A DNA stretch of 64,000 nt from Nitrososphaeria archaeon (GTDB lineage Archaea > Thermoproteota > Nitrososphaeria > Geothermarchaeales > JDFR-13). Positions 54,136 through 64,000 of the stretch are shown here, in pieces (within the stretch, counting starts at the first letter, position 1; every line of letters begins with the position of its first letter). The position numbers were made by a program, and so were the translations under genes. The stretch spans positions 64,001-128,000 of the forward strand of contig JALWXN010000004.1 of the NCBI GenBank assembly GCA_027078545.1, given 5' to 3'. The notes below the pieces were generated by a model, which was given only the letters and a program-made list of their open reading frames with translations, ran no database searches and was not told the DNA's origin.

Positions 54136-54690
54136 GTGACATTATACTCTCAAGAGAGGTTGGCCGAGGTGAAGAAAAAGACTAGTAGACCAAGGGCAAT
54201 AGTGGTTGACGAGGGATCACTAATCAGAAAGGAAGATGTTACGACAAAAGTTATGAGATGGATAGCTGGGGAGAGGGAGGGATATCTAATAATCCCCAGG
54301 ATACCAACCCTATACCTTGCCCGTAGAGGAGATATCGATACATATAGTGAGGAGGGAGAGGAGTATCCCTTCGAGAAAATCCTACAGCGATATTCCGAAA
54401 CAGACCCCCTAATCCTCTCAAAACTCATCGTCTTTGAAGACCTATCTAAAAGAGGATATTACATCTCAACCGATCTTGAGGGCAACGTATTGAAGGTCAT
54501 GACAGCCGTCACAGGAAAGGAGAAATACACGTTATTTGTACTAGAGGAGGGCGGAGACTTCCCTATAGACCTCCTAATACAGAGATTGAGGACCAGTTCA
54601 ACCCCGATAATAATAGGTATAGTAGAGAGGAGAGGAGGAATTACATACTACTCCCTGGAAAACTTCCTCGGAGGAGATAGCAGTGGCTAA
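54136..54690 (+). CDS. tRNA-splicing endonuclease, probable structural (non-catalytic) subunit
   Basis: VF.DL..RGY and C-terminal I.IV...G.ITYY; lacks KYG.DF/Y/H catalytic motifs. Confidence 0.72.
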   Translation: MTLYSQERLAEVKKKTSRPRAIVVDEGSLIRKEDVTTKVMRWIAGEREGYLIIPRIPTLYLARRGDIDTYSEEGEEYPFEKILQRYSETDPLILSKLIVFEDLSKRGYYISTDLEGNVLKVMTAVTGKEKYTLFVLEEGGDFPIDLLIQRLRTSSTPIIIGIVERRGGITYYSLENFLGGDSSG

Positions 54691-55531
54691 ACCAGTTATA
54701 GAGATGATAAGGCTCCCAAACACCATAATGATAGGATTAGCGGTGGCCATTGGATACATAATAGCATCCCCAAAGGAACTAGACCCTACTACCCTTACAC
54801 TAGGCATGATAACAGGCATGGCAATAAACGCGGCGATAATGATCATAAATGACATAGCAGATATCGAGATAGACAGAATAAATAGACCTAACCGACCACT
54901 AGTGAGGGGCGACATAACAGTAGGAGCCGCAAAGACATATGCACTGGGATTCCTCGCAATAGGGATACTCACGAGTGGCGCCACAGGCCTAACAACACTT
55001 ATAATCGCTACTGCCTTCGCCCTCCTCGGGATAATCTATAACTACTACCTTAAAGGCCTCCCATTAATAGGGAACCTAGCAGTAAGCGGTTCCGTAGCCA
55101 TTCCCTTCATATACGGAGCACTATTAACAGGAGACCCTGTACCCAACATCAATGTCGTTCTACTATCAATAGCGGCCTTCACGGTCAACACATATAGAGA
55201 AATCATAAAGGACATAGCAGATATCGAGGGTGATAAACACGTGGGACTAAAGACACTACCAATAGTGACCAGCCCTAGAACCTCCTATATAATATCTATC
55301 GTTTTCCTTGTCATAGGCATATTTACAGGACTAGTACCACTCTATATAGACACAGGACTAAACAGAACCATATACATCCCCCTCATAATCATTACGACCA
55401 TACTACTGGTCATAAGCATGATATTGGCTAGGAAGGTGTATGAGGAGGAACAACTGATAAGAGCCAAGAGGATAGCTCTCCTAGGGATGTTCATGGGTAT
55501 GATGTCCTTCCTAGTTAGCTCCCTGATCTAG
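54683..55531 (+). CDS. Digeranylgeranylglyceryl phosphate synthase (UbiA family)
   Basis: IND..DIEIDRINRP.RP, REIIKD..DIEGD. Confidence 0.88.
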   Translation: MAKPVIEMIRLPNTIMIGLAVAIGYIIASPKELDPTTLTLGMITGMAINAAIMIINDIADIEIDRINRPNRPLVRGDITVGAAKTYALGFLAIGILTSGATGLTTLIIATAFALLGIIYNYYLKGLPLIGNLAVSGSVAIPFIYGALLTGDPVPNINVVLLSIAAFTVNTYREIIKDIADIEGDKHVGLKTLPIVTSPRTSYIISIVFLVIGIFTGLVPLYIDTGLNRTIYIPLIIITTILLVISMILARKVYEEEQLIRAKRIALLGMFMGMMSFLVSSLI

Positions 55532-55585
55532 ATGTTGCGTGAAGGAGTAATTAGATGTAGTTGCCGTAATTAATATGATGGCGCC

Positions 55586-56806
55586 ATGAAACTAACAACA
55601 CCTAGGGGCATTAGGGACATACCACCGGATGAGTATGAAGCTATGCTAGAGATATTCGACGCTTTCCGTGAAAAATGTAGACTATATGGATTCAGACTAA
55701 TGGAGCCAGCAACCATAGAGAAGTTCGAAGTCTTGGCATTGAAGTCGGGAGAGGAGATAGAGAAGGAGATATATGCGTTCAGAGACAAGGCTAATAGGAA
55801 ATTGGGATTGAGATTCGACCTAACAGTAGGACTTACACGATACGTCGTTTCAAACCCCCAGCTACAGAAACCCGTTAAATTAGCAGCATACTCGGTACAG
55901 TGGAGATATGACGAGCCTCAACGAGGGAGATACAGAAGCTTCTATTCATGGGATGTTGAGATCTATGGAGGGGAACAGATCCTCTCAGCGGCGGAGACGA
56001 TAATATTTACAGACGATCTGTTGGGCAGCCTGGGTCTAAACAACTATTCAATAAAGATATCAGACAGAAGACTAGTGGAGAGAGTCCTAAGAGAGGTTTT
56101 TCACATAGATGATCCACTCCCCGTCATGAGAATCCTGGACAAATGGGGGAAGAAGGACGAGGATGAACTGACAAGAATGATGATGGATCTAGGCGTATCG
56201 GAAGAGATTGCTAGAGACATAATAGACACATTCTTCTATAGCCAAGAAGTGCCAGAGAGTGAGGAGAAGAATGAACTATCCCAACTACTTGACATCCTTA
56301 AAGATGCTGGTGTAGATAGTGCTGAGATAGACCTCAGCATAGTCAGGGGGCTCGATTACTACGACGGCATAGTATTCGAAGTAAGACCTAGTAACGAGAC
56401 ACTCGCCCTTGTAGGAGGGGGAAACTATTCAGCCCTAGTTAAAACCTTTGGAGGGAACTTCAATGCATTCGGGGCAGCCGGAGGAGTGGAGAGGCTCCTC
56501 ATGTACATTAATAGAGAATCTAGGGACAGCCGGGGAATCTACATAATACCCATAGGCGGAACAACCCCTAGAGACGCCCTACTAGTCGCTAAGAAACTTA
56601 GGGAACTAGGCATCCCCGCTGACTACCCTCTAACCACTCGAGGCTTGACGAAAACAATTAAATATGCAGAGAAACATGGATATAGATACGTCCTGTTCCT
56701 AGGCCCCCAGGAGCTGAGAGAAGGGATATATACCCTCAAGGACCTAGCCACAGGTGAACAAGACAAATATAGTATCAAGGAATTAGCGGAGATTCTCACC
56801 CAGTAA
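55586..56806 (+). CDS. hisS: Histidine--tRNA ligase
   Basis: PRG.RD, LRFDLT, WRYDEPQ.GRYR, RGLDYY.G.VFE. Confidence 0.96.
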   Translation: MKLTTPRGIRDIPPDEYEAMLEIFDAFREKCRLYGFRLMEPATIEKFEVLALKSGEEIEKEIYAFRDKANRKLGLRFDLTVGLTRYVVSNPQLQKPVKLAAYSVQWRYDEPQRGRYRSFYSWDVEIYGGEQILSAAETIIFTDDLLGSLGLNNYSIKISDRRLVERVLREVFHIDDPLPVMRILDKWGKKDEDELTRMMMDLGVSEEIARDIIDTFFYSQEVPESEEKNELSQLLDILKDAGVDSAEIDLSIVRGLDYYDGIVFEVRPSNETLALVGGGNYSALVKTFGGNFNAFGAAGGVERLLMYINRESRDSRGIYIIPIGGTTPRDALLVAKKLRELGIPADYPLTTRGLTKTIKYAEKHGYRYVLFLGPQELREGIYTLKDLATGEQDKYSIKELAEILTQ

Positions 56807-57578
56807 TGAAAATCCCCTCGTCACCAACATCCACACCTAAGTATTCTGCAGCACTAGAGCCGTTACAGACTACCTCATAAAGACCACTACTCCCACATAT
56901 CACCCCTACCTCGCCCTGACCCAAGTCGGAGAAAGTCTTTACACGTCTAACCTCCTGCTCCTTCCCCGATAATACTACCTTGATTGGGAGAAGAGCCTCC
57001 TGGCACGACACGTTTGTAACTATGTTCCCAAATCTATCGACGTTAACCACCTTGAAGTAGACCCTATTACCATCTTTTCTATACCTGAATATATCCATCC
57101 TCACATATTCATCTAGTGGTCTGAGAAACTCCCTAACACCTCTTAGATATAGGCCAGCCGCTCTAGCAAATACGTCTCGCCCATGGAAGGTATGGGAAAC
57201 CCTCGGGAAATAGTCACTCCTACTATAATCAATTTCGTAGGCAGCCTCTATACCCAGTGCCTCCATCAAGGGAGAGAGCAATCCATTATCCGGGCCTATC
57301 AAGACATTATTATCAGAACATTCAACCAGTAATGCCCTACGCTCAGTCCCCACTCCTGGATCCACAACACCCACGATGACAGAGTTATGAACATTAACTA
57401 GCGATAGCTGCCAAAGTATGAAGCCTCCCTGTAGAACATTACCGGGCTGGACATCATGAGATACATCTATGAACAACACGTCATCATAGAGATCGAGGAT
57501 AACAGACTTCATAGCGGCTACATAGTAGTCTCTATACCCGAAATCGGTCAAGAGATATACCCTCTTCAAACCGACCAC
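56796..57578 (-). CDS. SAM hydroxide adenosyltransferase (DUF62, fluorinase/chlorinase family)
   Basis: LTDFG..D.YV, VVDPGVGT.R, GPDNG, S.TFHGRDVF, D.FGN. Confidence 0.93.
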   Translation of the reverse strand: MVGLKRVYLLTDFGYRDYYVAAMKSVILDLYDDVLFIDVSHDVQPGNVLQGGFILWQLSLVNVHNSVIVGVVDPGVGTERRALLVECSDNNVLIGPDNGLLSPLMEALGIEAAYEIDYSRSDYFPRVSHTFHGRDVFARAAGLYLRGVREFLRPLDEYVRMDIFRYRKDGNRVYFKVVNVDRFGNIVTNVSCQEALLPIKVVLSGKEQEVRRVKTFSDLGQGEVGVICGSSGLYEVVCNGSSAAEYLGVDVGDEGIFITG

Positions 57579-57608
57579 CTAAATTTTGCTTACTGAGAAT
57601 CTATTAAC

Positions 57609-58595
57609 ATGGCACGGTATAAGGCATCTGCTGTGGCTAACCCTATACAGGGACTGGTAAAATACCATGGGAAGATTGATGAGTATCTACGTCTACCCTC
57701 ACATAACAGTATCTCAGTCAACGTAGGAGGAATGTATACCCACACAACGGTTGAGATATCAGACACGCTCGAGAATAACGAGGCAATAATAGACGGTGAA
57801 AAGACCAGCGGCGAAGCCCTAGACAGGATATTAAGAGTATTCAACAAGTTTAAGGAATTGGCCAACCTTGACGACGAATACAAGATCAGGGTAGTATCGA
57901 AAAATAACTTTCCCAGCAGAGTTGGCTTAGGCTCATCGGCATCGGGATTCGCAGCACTGGCCTACGCAATTACCAAGGCCCTGAAACTCGATCTAGACCT
58001 TAGAGACATCTCCAAGATAGCCCGTATAGGTAGTGGATCAGCATCTAGAAGTGTCGTGGGGGGGTTCTCGGAGTGGGTGATGGCCACCACCCATGAGGAG
58101 AGCTACGCCTATAGACTTGCAGGGGACGAGATCCCACTGAGAATGGTAATAGCTGTCATACCCAAGGTTAAAGACATGCCCACCACCCTCGCACAGGTAG
58201 AGACAGAGAAATCCCCATTCTATACGGCTAGACTCGGCTACATACCCATAATGCTGAGGAAGATGAGAGACGCTATACTGTCCCACGATGTAGAAGAGAT
58301 CGGGAGATTGGCAGAGATAGATACTCTTAACCTACATGCCGTCATCATGACCGGACCATCCGGAATAGTAATGTGGAGACCTGAGACGATAGAGGTGATC
58401 AGGAGGGTTAGAAGAATGAGGAGAGAGGGGATCCCCGCATACTTCTCTATAGACACAGGGGCCACAGTATTCGTTAACGTACATGAGAAGTACGCTGAGG
58501 AAGTGGCCGAGCGGCTGTCAGACATACAGGGAACAGAGATACATGTCGAGGGAGTAGGGCTAGAGGCGAAGGAGGCGGATAACCACCTCTTCTAG
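57609..58595 (+). CDS. mvaD: (Di)phosphomevalonate decarboxylase, haloarchaeal phosphomevalonate-decarboxylase type
   Basis: A.PIQGLVKYHG, SIS, GLGSSASGFAA, SGSASRS, FS.DTGA. Confidence 0.88.
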   Translation: MARYKASAVANPIQGLVKYHGKIDEYLRLPSHNSISVNVGGMYTHTTVEISDTLENNEAIIDGEKTSGEALDRILRVFNKFKELANLDDEYKIRVVSKNNFPSRVGLGSSASGFAALAYAITKALKLDLDLRDISKIARIGSGSASRSVVGGFSEWVMATTHEESYAYRLAGDEIPLRMVIAVIPKVKDMPTTLAQVETEKSPFYTARLGYIPIMLRKMRDAILSHDVEEIGRLAEIDTLNLHAVIMTGPSGIVMWRPETIEVIRRVRRMRREGIPAYFSIDTGATVFVNVHEKYAEEVAERLSDIQGTEIHVEGVGLEAKEADNHLF

Positions 58596-58604
58596 GGGAA
58601 CCAT

Positions 58605-59570
58605 ATGAACGCGGTCACATCCAGGGCTCCCGGTAAGATGTTTATCTCGGGGGAATATAGCATACTCTTCGGCCATCCTGCTCTCCTCCTCGCGGTTAAT
58701 AAACACATTTATGTAACGGTGGGAGATGCCGATGGATATGAATACAGGGAGGAGAACAAGGAACCCCTTCGCACATACTCATATGAGGAATTCCTGAGGA
58801 GAGTTAGACGACGATCCATCCACGTCTATGCTGCACTCAAGACTGTTCAAGAAGAGTTAGACTTAAGGATAAGGGATATCTACATCCACACAAGGAGTAC
58901 GATACCATTTAAAGGCCTAGGCTCCAGCGCAGCCACCCTAGTAGCCACGATATACGCCCTAAACAAACACCTAGACCTGGGATTGGAGAAGAATGATATC
59001 CTAACCCTCTCATACAGGGCGAAGAAGGCTGTGGAGGGGGGCTCCCCAGCGGATATAGCAGCATCACTATACGGTGGTATAGTACTGGTGAAACAAGCAG
59101 ATGGTGTGGAAACTACTATAGAGAAGATTAACAGTGGATTTATGGATCAATTCCATCTAGAAGCAGTGTATACTGGTGAGCGTGTAGCCACCAAAAACGT
59201 GGTAAAGGACATCATCAGGAGTATAAATAAGTCGGAATATAGGAGAAGGATCATAGACCTAATAGGCATGACAACCCTAAACATGAAAGACCTCCTAGAA
59301 CTAGGCAACGACTATGAACAATTCCTGCGACTCTTCAGGCTTAACCACCACCTATTAGCAGCATTAGGAGTATCAACACCAAGGATAGACGAGATAATCC
59401 GTGAGATAGAGGGGAGAGGAGGATACGCAAAAATATCTGGAGCCGGTTTCGGAGATTCGCTACTAGCCATCTGGATAGATAAGGAGAAAAAGAGTCTGGA
59501 GAAGCCTACCGATACAGCATCAATATCCATAGACAAGGAAGGAGCCACCCTGATGACTACACATCCATGA
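58605..59570 (+). CDS. GHMP kinase: mevalonate or phosphomevalonate kinase
   Basis: APGK...GEY, GLGSSAA, D..AS..GG, K.SGAG.GD. Confidence 0.85.
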   Translation: MNAVTSRAPGKMFISGEYSILFGHPALLLAVNKHIYVTVGDADGYEYREENKEPLRTYSYEEFLRRVRRRSIHVYAALKTVQEELDLRIRDIYIHTRSTIPFKGLGSSAATLVATIYALNKHLDLGLEKNDILTLSYRAKKAVEGGSPADIAASLYGGIVLVKQADGVETTIEKINSGFMDQFHLEAVYTGERVATKNVVKDIIRSINKSEYRRRIIDLIGMTTLNMKDLLELGNDYEQFLRLFRLNHHLLAALGVSTPRIDEIIREIEGRGGYAKISGAGFGDSLLAIWIDKEKKSLEKPTDTASISIDKEGATLMTTHP

Positions 59571-59575
59571 TACGC

Positions 59576-59682
59576 TGGTGGAGGGGGTGGGATTTGAACC
59601 CACGAAGGCCTACGCCAGCGGATCTTAAGTCCGCCCCCGATAGCCCCCTGTAGGGGGTTGGCCAGGCTAGGGGAACCCCTCC
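59576..59682 (-). tRNA. tRNA-Leu(TAA) with 18-nt D-loop intron at 21/22 (59640-59657)
   Basis: GGCCAA[CCCCCTACAGGGGGCTAT]CGGG forms BHB (GGCC/GGCT helix); GCGGA-CT-TAA-GA-TCCGC; CCA. Confidence 0.93.
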
Positions 59683-59771
59683 ACGACAAGAAAAATACTC
59701 GGCACAAGCCAAAATTTTAACCCTAATCTACAGACATTACACTGACTTCGCTCCAAGGACTTTGTGGCTAA

Positions 59772-59810
59772 TGTAAAGTTTTATATACATTTTGTAAAGA
59801 AAACTTTACA
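59772..59810 (+). promoter_or_regulatory. Tandem palindromic operators TGTAAAG-N4-CTTTACA overlapping TATA box
   Basis: TGTAAAGttttATATACA (59772-59789) and perfect TGTAAAGaaaaCTTTACA (59793-59810) just upstream of DUF2178/HTH pair. Confidence 0.75.
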
Positions 59811-59828
59811 TATGAGGGGGTGAACCAT

Positions 59829-60229
59829 ATGAGCAGTGCCCTTTACAATGTCGCTAAGATTGTCAGACCACTGGGCTATCTAGCCGCATTCGCCACCGCA
59901 TTCCTGATCAAGAGCCTGTACGGACTATTCATAGCCAGTGTATTGATAATCACTTCCGAGATATTCTGGAGATACGCCAAGATAGCTGGAGAGGGTGTTC
60001 CAAGCGATGAGAGGGAAGAGTACATATCCTCCCTGGCCAGCAAGTCAGCCGTAGAGTCATTTCTCGTTGCATCAGGGATAGTGGCGATAGGTATGTCCAT
60101 AGCCACGCATATGAGCCTAGTTACGCTGGAGGAGAGTCTCAGGAGGGTTCTACAGGGTTACTACGTCGCAGCACTGGTACTTATCATCCTATACGTAGTG
60201 TGGTACATGTATCATGCTAGGAAGACCGG

Positions 60230-60233
<4 letters not shown>
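59829..60233 (+). CDS. DUF2178-like membrane protein
   Basis: 4 TMs with DER...I...A motif; coupled (GTGA overlap) to XRE HTH gene. Confidence 0.75.
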
Positions 60234-60542
<309 letters not shown>

Positions 60543-60596
60543 ATTGTAATGTGTTTGCCCATGTTTAAGATAGGTTCTGGGGGATATTTTTCATTA

Positions 60597-61991
60597 ATGA
60601 GGGGTATATTCGGCACCTCTGGGGTCCGGGGGATCCTTGGCCGCGACTATTCTGTCTTCGACGTGATGAATATTTCACTGGCTGCTACGGAGTATTTCGA
60701 CTATAGACCTGTTCTCATTGGTTGGGATTGTAGGGTCCACTCCGCCCCCTTGGCACTGGCCTCCGCTTCTTATCTACAGATCTATGGCGTAGATGTGGCT
60801 TTGGCGGGTGTCATCTCGACCCCCTCACTACAGAAGTATCTATCATTGGATAGGAATAGGTTTGGAATAATGTTTACAGCTAGTCATAACCCACCTGAAT
60901 ACTTCGGTGTAAAGGTGTTTACGCCTGAGGGTTATGAGGTCTTTGGAGAGGCTGAGGAGGAGATTAGCAGGATATACCATGGCCTTGGGAGAGGAGGGAA
61001 TATTGACTGGACCATAAGTAGAGAGACCACTATAGACATGACGAATGACGTTGTATCGACCTATGTAGACGCAATCATGGATCTAGCCGATCCCCTACTA
61101 CCTAAGAACCGGCCGATAGATATGCGTATAGGCGTCGACTACGCCAACTGCTCAGCCATAGCTACGGCGGGCCGTGTGCTCACCACAAATCTCTTCAGAG
61201 AGATTATTAATGTTAACCACGTAATGGACGGCAGATTCCCAGGAAGGATGCCTGAGCCAACACCAGAGACACTCAGCAAGACGATCTCCAACCTGATGAC
61301 CAAGATAGATATAGGCCTCGCCTTCGACGGAGACGCCGATAGAGGAGTAATATTCGATGGGGAGGGGAGGATCTACTGGGGGGATCAGATAGGGGCTGCC
61401 GTGGCCATATCCCTAGGGGAGGAGCTAGGAGTCAGAGAAGTGGTAACACCAGTATCCACTTCCCACGCCATAGTTTCATTCCTCGAGAGTCGGGGAGTAA
61501 AGGTAGTCTTAACCCCTGTAGGTGCCAAGAACATAGTCGGCGAGATGCTTAGAAACGGATATAGATTCGGGTTCGAGGAGAACGGTGGGCTGATATACTC
61601 ACCACATATCCTAGGTCGTGATGGCCTACTGACCTTCATGTTGACGGTAGCACTCCTAGCTAAGAATGGATCAAAGATGATTAGTGAAGTCCTTGGATAC
61701 ATGCCCAGAACATATGTAGCCAAGAAGAAGGTGAAGATAGGAGGGAGGAAGGAAGATGTTATGAGGCTGGTCAGGGACATGCTTATTGATAAGTATAGTG
61801 GTGGAGAGGTAGTCGAGCTTGATGGTGTCAAGATTATACTCGAGGACCTAGCCATACTCGTCAGGCCCAGCGGTACAGAACCCCTCATAAGAGTATTTGT
61901 AGAGAGCAGTGATAGAGAGGCCGCTGAGAATACAGCCAATAGAATAATCCAGTGGGTGAAAGAGGTAGATAGTAGACTTACATATCTCTAG
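60597..61991 (+). CDS. Phosphohexomutase (PMM/PGM/GlmM family)
   Basis: FGTSGVRG, TASHNPP, DGDADR, FEENGG, RPSGTEP. Confidence 0.93.
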   Translation: MRGIFGTSGVRGILGRDYSVFDVMNISLAATEYFDYRPVLIGWDCRVHSAPLALASASYLQIYGVDVALAGVISTPSLQKYLSLDRNRFGIMFTASHNPPEYFGVKVFTPEGYEVFGEAEEEISRIYHGLGRGGNIDWTISRETTIDMTNDVVSTYVDAIMDLADPLLPKNRPIDMRIGVDYANCSAIATAGRVLTTNLFREIINVNHVMDGRFPGRMPEPTPETLSKTISNLMTKIDIGLAFDGDADRGVIFDGEGRIYWGDQIGAAVAISLGEELGVREVVTPVSTSHAIVSFLESRGVKVVLTPVGAKNIVGEMLRNGYRFGFEENGGLIYSPHILGRDGLLTFMLTVALLAKNGSKMISEVLGYMPRTYVAKKKVKIGGRKEDVMRLVRDMLIDKYSGGEVVELDGVKIILEDLAILVRPSGTEPLIRVFVESSDREAAENTANRIIQWVKEVDSRLTYL

Positions 61992-61992
61992 C

Positions 61993-62907
61993 CTAGAACA
62001 CGTGTCTAAATCCCTTCTCAGGAACTTTGGAGCCATCGCCTAGATATACCCTGCCCCCACCCTCTACCACCCTACCTATCCTTATCAGACCTAGCCTCTC
62101 AGCCTCTGCAGCCCCATTTCCCGATAGAAAGAATACCCCTCTATACTCCTCCCCACCATATAGCGTAGCCTCCAATACAGCTTCTCTATCCAACCTTCTC
62201 AACAGAGGATGGACCGGGAGATCTTCAATAATGATATCAACTCCAGAGGCTCTTGCCACTTGGTATAGAGATGCGGCTAGGCCGTCACTACTATCTATGG
62301 TCGCGTTAGGTCTGGTCCTCTTGACTATTGATGGATACAGATGTAGATTGGGAGAGGGATATTCAAATTGCTTCACAGCCTCGTGATACAGGCTGTGGTC
62401 TAATTCTTCAACACCATACTTCCCTAATAATATGTTGAGGCCTAGCCACGTAAGTCCAAAATAGCCGTCGACATATACATAGTCACCAGGTCTCGCACCA
62501 GATCTAACCGGGGGTTTACAACGGGAGATGGCCACGCCTCCAACCGAGACAAATGGATCCCTAGACCTATTAGTATCCCATTTTAGGCATCCCGCCAAGC
62601 CATACCTTCTAAGAGCATAGTGAATACCTGCCGATAGTTCTGAGAGCTCGTATCTAGACAGTCTACTTAGACCTAGGGATATCATGATTGTGAAGGGCTC
62701 ACCACCCTTGACCATAAGGTCACTCAGAGTAGCAACTACTGCCTTATATCCAACGGATCGCCAATCCATGAGGAGAGGCTTGTCCGTACTGGCAACGAAG
62801 GTATCAATACTCGTGAGGACATATAGGCCTCCCACCCTCTCAAACGCCACATCATCGTCTATACACCTTCCAGACATGAAGAGCTTCTTAACACTCTCCT
62901 CATCCAT
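61993..62907 (-). CDS. thiL: Thiamine-monophosphate kinase
   Basis: DD.A, G.KA....SD....GG.P, RSGARPGD, DSSDGL, GGEEY, KGF.HF-like end. Confidence 0.88.
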   Translation of the reverse strand: MDEESVKKLFMSGRCIDDDVAFERVGGLYVLTSIDTFVASTDKPLLMDWRSVGYKAVVATLSDLMVKGGEPFTIMISLGLSRLSRYELSELSAGIHYALRRYGLAGCLKWDTNRSRDPFVSVGGVAISRCKPPVRSGARPGDYVYVDGYFGLTWLGLNILLGKYGVEELDHSLYHEAVKQFEYPSPNLHLYPSIVKRTRPNATIDSSDGLAASLYQVARASGVDIIIEDLPVHPLLRRLDREAVLEATLYGGEEYRGVFFLSGNGAAEAERLGLIRIGRVVEGGGRVYLGDGSKVPEKGFRHVF

Positions 62908-62965
62908 CTGGGACCGCCAAATATTTATTCCCCTGGCCGACAAGATTACTAATGAGTATACAGAG

Positions 62966-63060
62966 GCCCCGGTAGCTCAGCGGTAGAGCGGCGGCCTTGT
63001 AACGATCTAGCCAGGCTGGAGAGCCGCAGGTCGGGGGTTCGAATCCCCCCCGGGGCTCCA
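62966..63060 (+). tRNA. tRNA-Thr(TGT) with 20-nt intron at 37/38 (63002-63021)
   Basis: GCGGC-CT-TGT-A[ACGATCTAGCCAGGCTGGAG]A-GCCGC; U73; CCA. Confidence 0.93.
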
Positions 63061-63113
63061 CAAAGGTGTTAACCGTGGATAAGCCGGTCCAGGCTACAGA
63101 AGATGCAGGAAGC

Positions 63114-63827
63114 ATGGCCTTCCGCCCCACCCTAGAGGCTGCAGAGGAATTTATTAGAAAAGCCATTCAGCGTAGGGAGACTCTTATCCTAGTTGGAGAG
63201 ATGGAGATGGAGTATAAAGGAAGGGCTAGCTCAACGACAGGGCGGGACGAGAGGATATTAATAGTCAAGCGTGACGGAGCCGTACTGATACACGGAGGAA
63301 GCGGTTACAGACCCATCAACTGGCAACCAGACACCTCGAACATCAGGATCAAGAATAGTGGGGAGTACCTAGACATAGAATTCATAAGGAGACGGCCAAG
63401 GGAGATCCTCCTAACAAGGATCTACAGGATATTTCTACTCTACTCCAAGAAAATTATAGATAGAAACGACCTAGAGATGTACTTCACAGAAGAACATCTC
63501 AGAAAGATACTCAAGAAGATGCCATGGGAGATAGAGGAGGGCCTTAGGATAATAGGTGAAGAAGTAGAGATACCGCCAGGAAAGGTTGACCTCCTAGGCA
63601 GAGACAGGAACGGCTCCTTAGTAGTGATAGAGCTTAAAAAAGGAAAGGTCGGGAGGAACGAAGTCCTACAGTTGGAGAGATACGCTAGATACTATAGAAA
63701 TGGCAACCCTAGAGCAAGGGCGATAATAGTGGGACAGTCCATCACCCCCGAGGCTGAGATCATAGCTAAAAACCTAGGGATAGAGTTTAAACAGCTGGAT
63801 GTAAGGAAGCTCTACAAGAAGCTATGA
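63114..63827 (+). CDS. nucS: Mismatch-specific endonuclease NucS/EndoMS
   Basis: Y.GRA.S, K.DG.VLIH, P.NWQP, D..G.D, VIELK, QL.RY. Confidence 0.95.
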   Translation: MAFRPTLEAAEEFIRKAIQRRETLILVGEMEMEYKGRASSTTGRDERILIVKRDGAVLIHGGSGYRPINWQPDTSNIRIKNSGEYLDIEFIRRRPREILLTRIYRIFLLYSKKIIDRNDLEMYFTEEHLRKILKKMPWEIEEGLRIIGEEVEIPPGKVDLLGRDRNGSLVVIELKKGKVGRNEVLQLERYARYYRNGNPRARAIIVGQSITPEAEIIAKNLGIEFKQLDVRKLYKKL

Positions 63828-63901
63828 CCATATATTCCACAAGATATATAGGGACATGGCGATTATAGACCAATTAAGAATTATGCTCTGGTGCAGTGGC
63901 T

Positions 63902-64000
63902 ATGCAGAGGGATAGGGAGGAAACATATACGAAGAACCCCCTGTCAATCGTATATAGACATATAGGCGACGAGATCACGGTGATGCTCAAGAGTGGGGAG
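63902..64000 (+). CDS. Second Sm-like (Lsm) protein, truncated by window edge
   Basis: MQRDREETYTKNPLSIVYRHIGDEITVMLKSGE resembles Sm1 N-terminus (PL..L...IG..V.V.LK.G). Confidence 0.55.
   Translation, partial: MQRDREETYTKNPLSIVYRHIGDEITVMLKSGE

Overview
Core-genome segment of a thermophilic archaeon. The TACK-type gene content (DUF1512, DUF2070, Alba, multi-OB RPA, intron-rich tRNAs, GC-rich stable RNAs) suggests an Aigarchaeota/Geothermarchaeota-like lineage, which is an inference. The window is densely packed with translation and RNA-processing genes: Trm1, RNase HII, AsnRS, CCA enzyme, ThpR, RNase Z, Trm11, r-proteins L3/L4/L23/L2/S19, RtcB, MAP, TrpRS, PheRS, DnaG, Pelota, Lsm, TiaS, a splicing-endonuclease subunit and HisRS. 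It also carries replication/repair genes (RadA, Cdc6, RPA, NucS) and lipid/mevalonate genes. RNA genes found by reading the sequence: 13 tRNAs (8 with introns, two at non-canonical positions), a stand-alone 5S, a stand-alone 23S with its own promoter and processing stem, SRP RNA, an RNase P RNA directly behind the 23S processing stem, and a two-hairpin H/ACA guide RNA with a plausible 23S target. No CRISPR array, transposase or integrase was seen. Most notable are the apparent 23S-RNase P RNA co-transcript with a reduced RNase P RNA, the H/ACA guide, a CTG-initiated pelota, a haloarchaeal-type phosphomevalonate decarboxylase and a 55-nt self-complementary tRNA-Lys intron.
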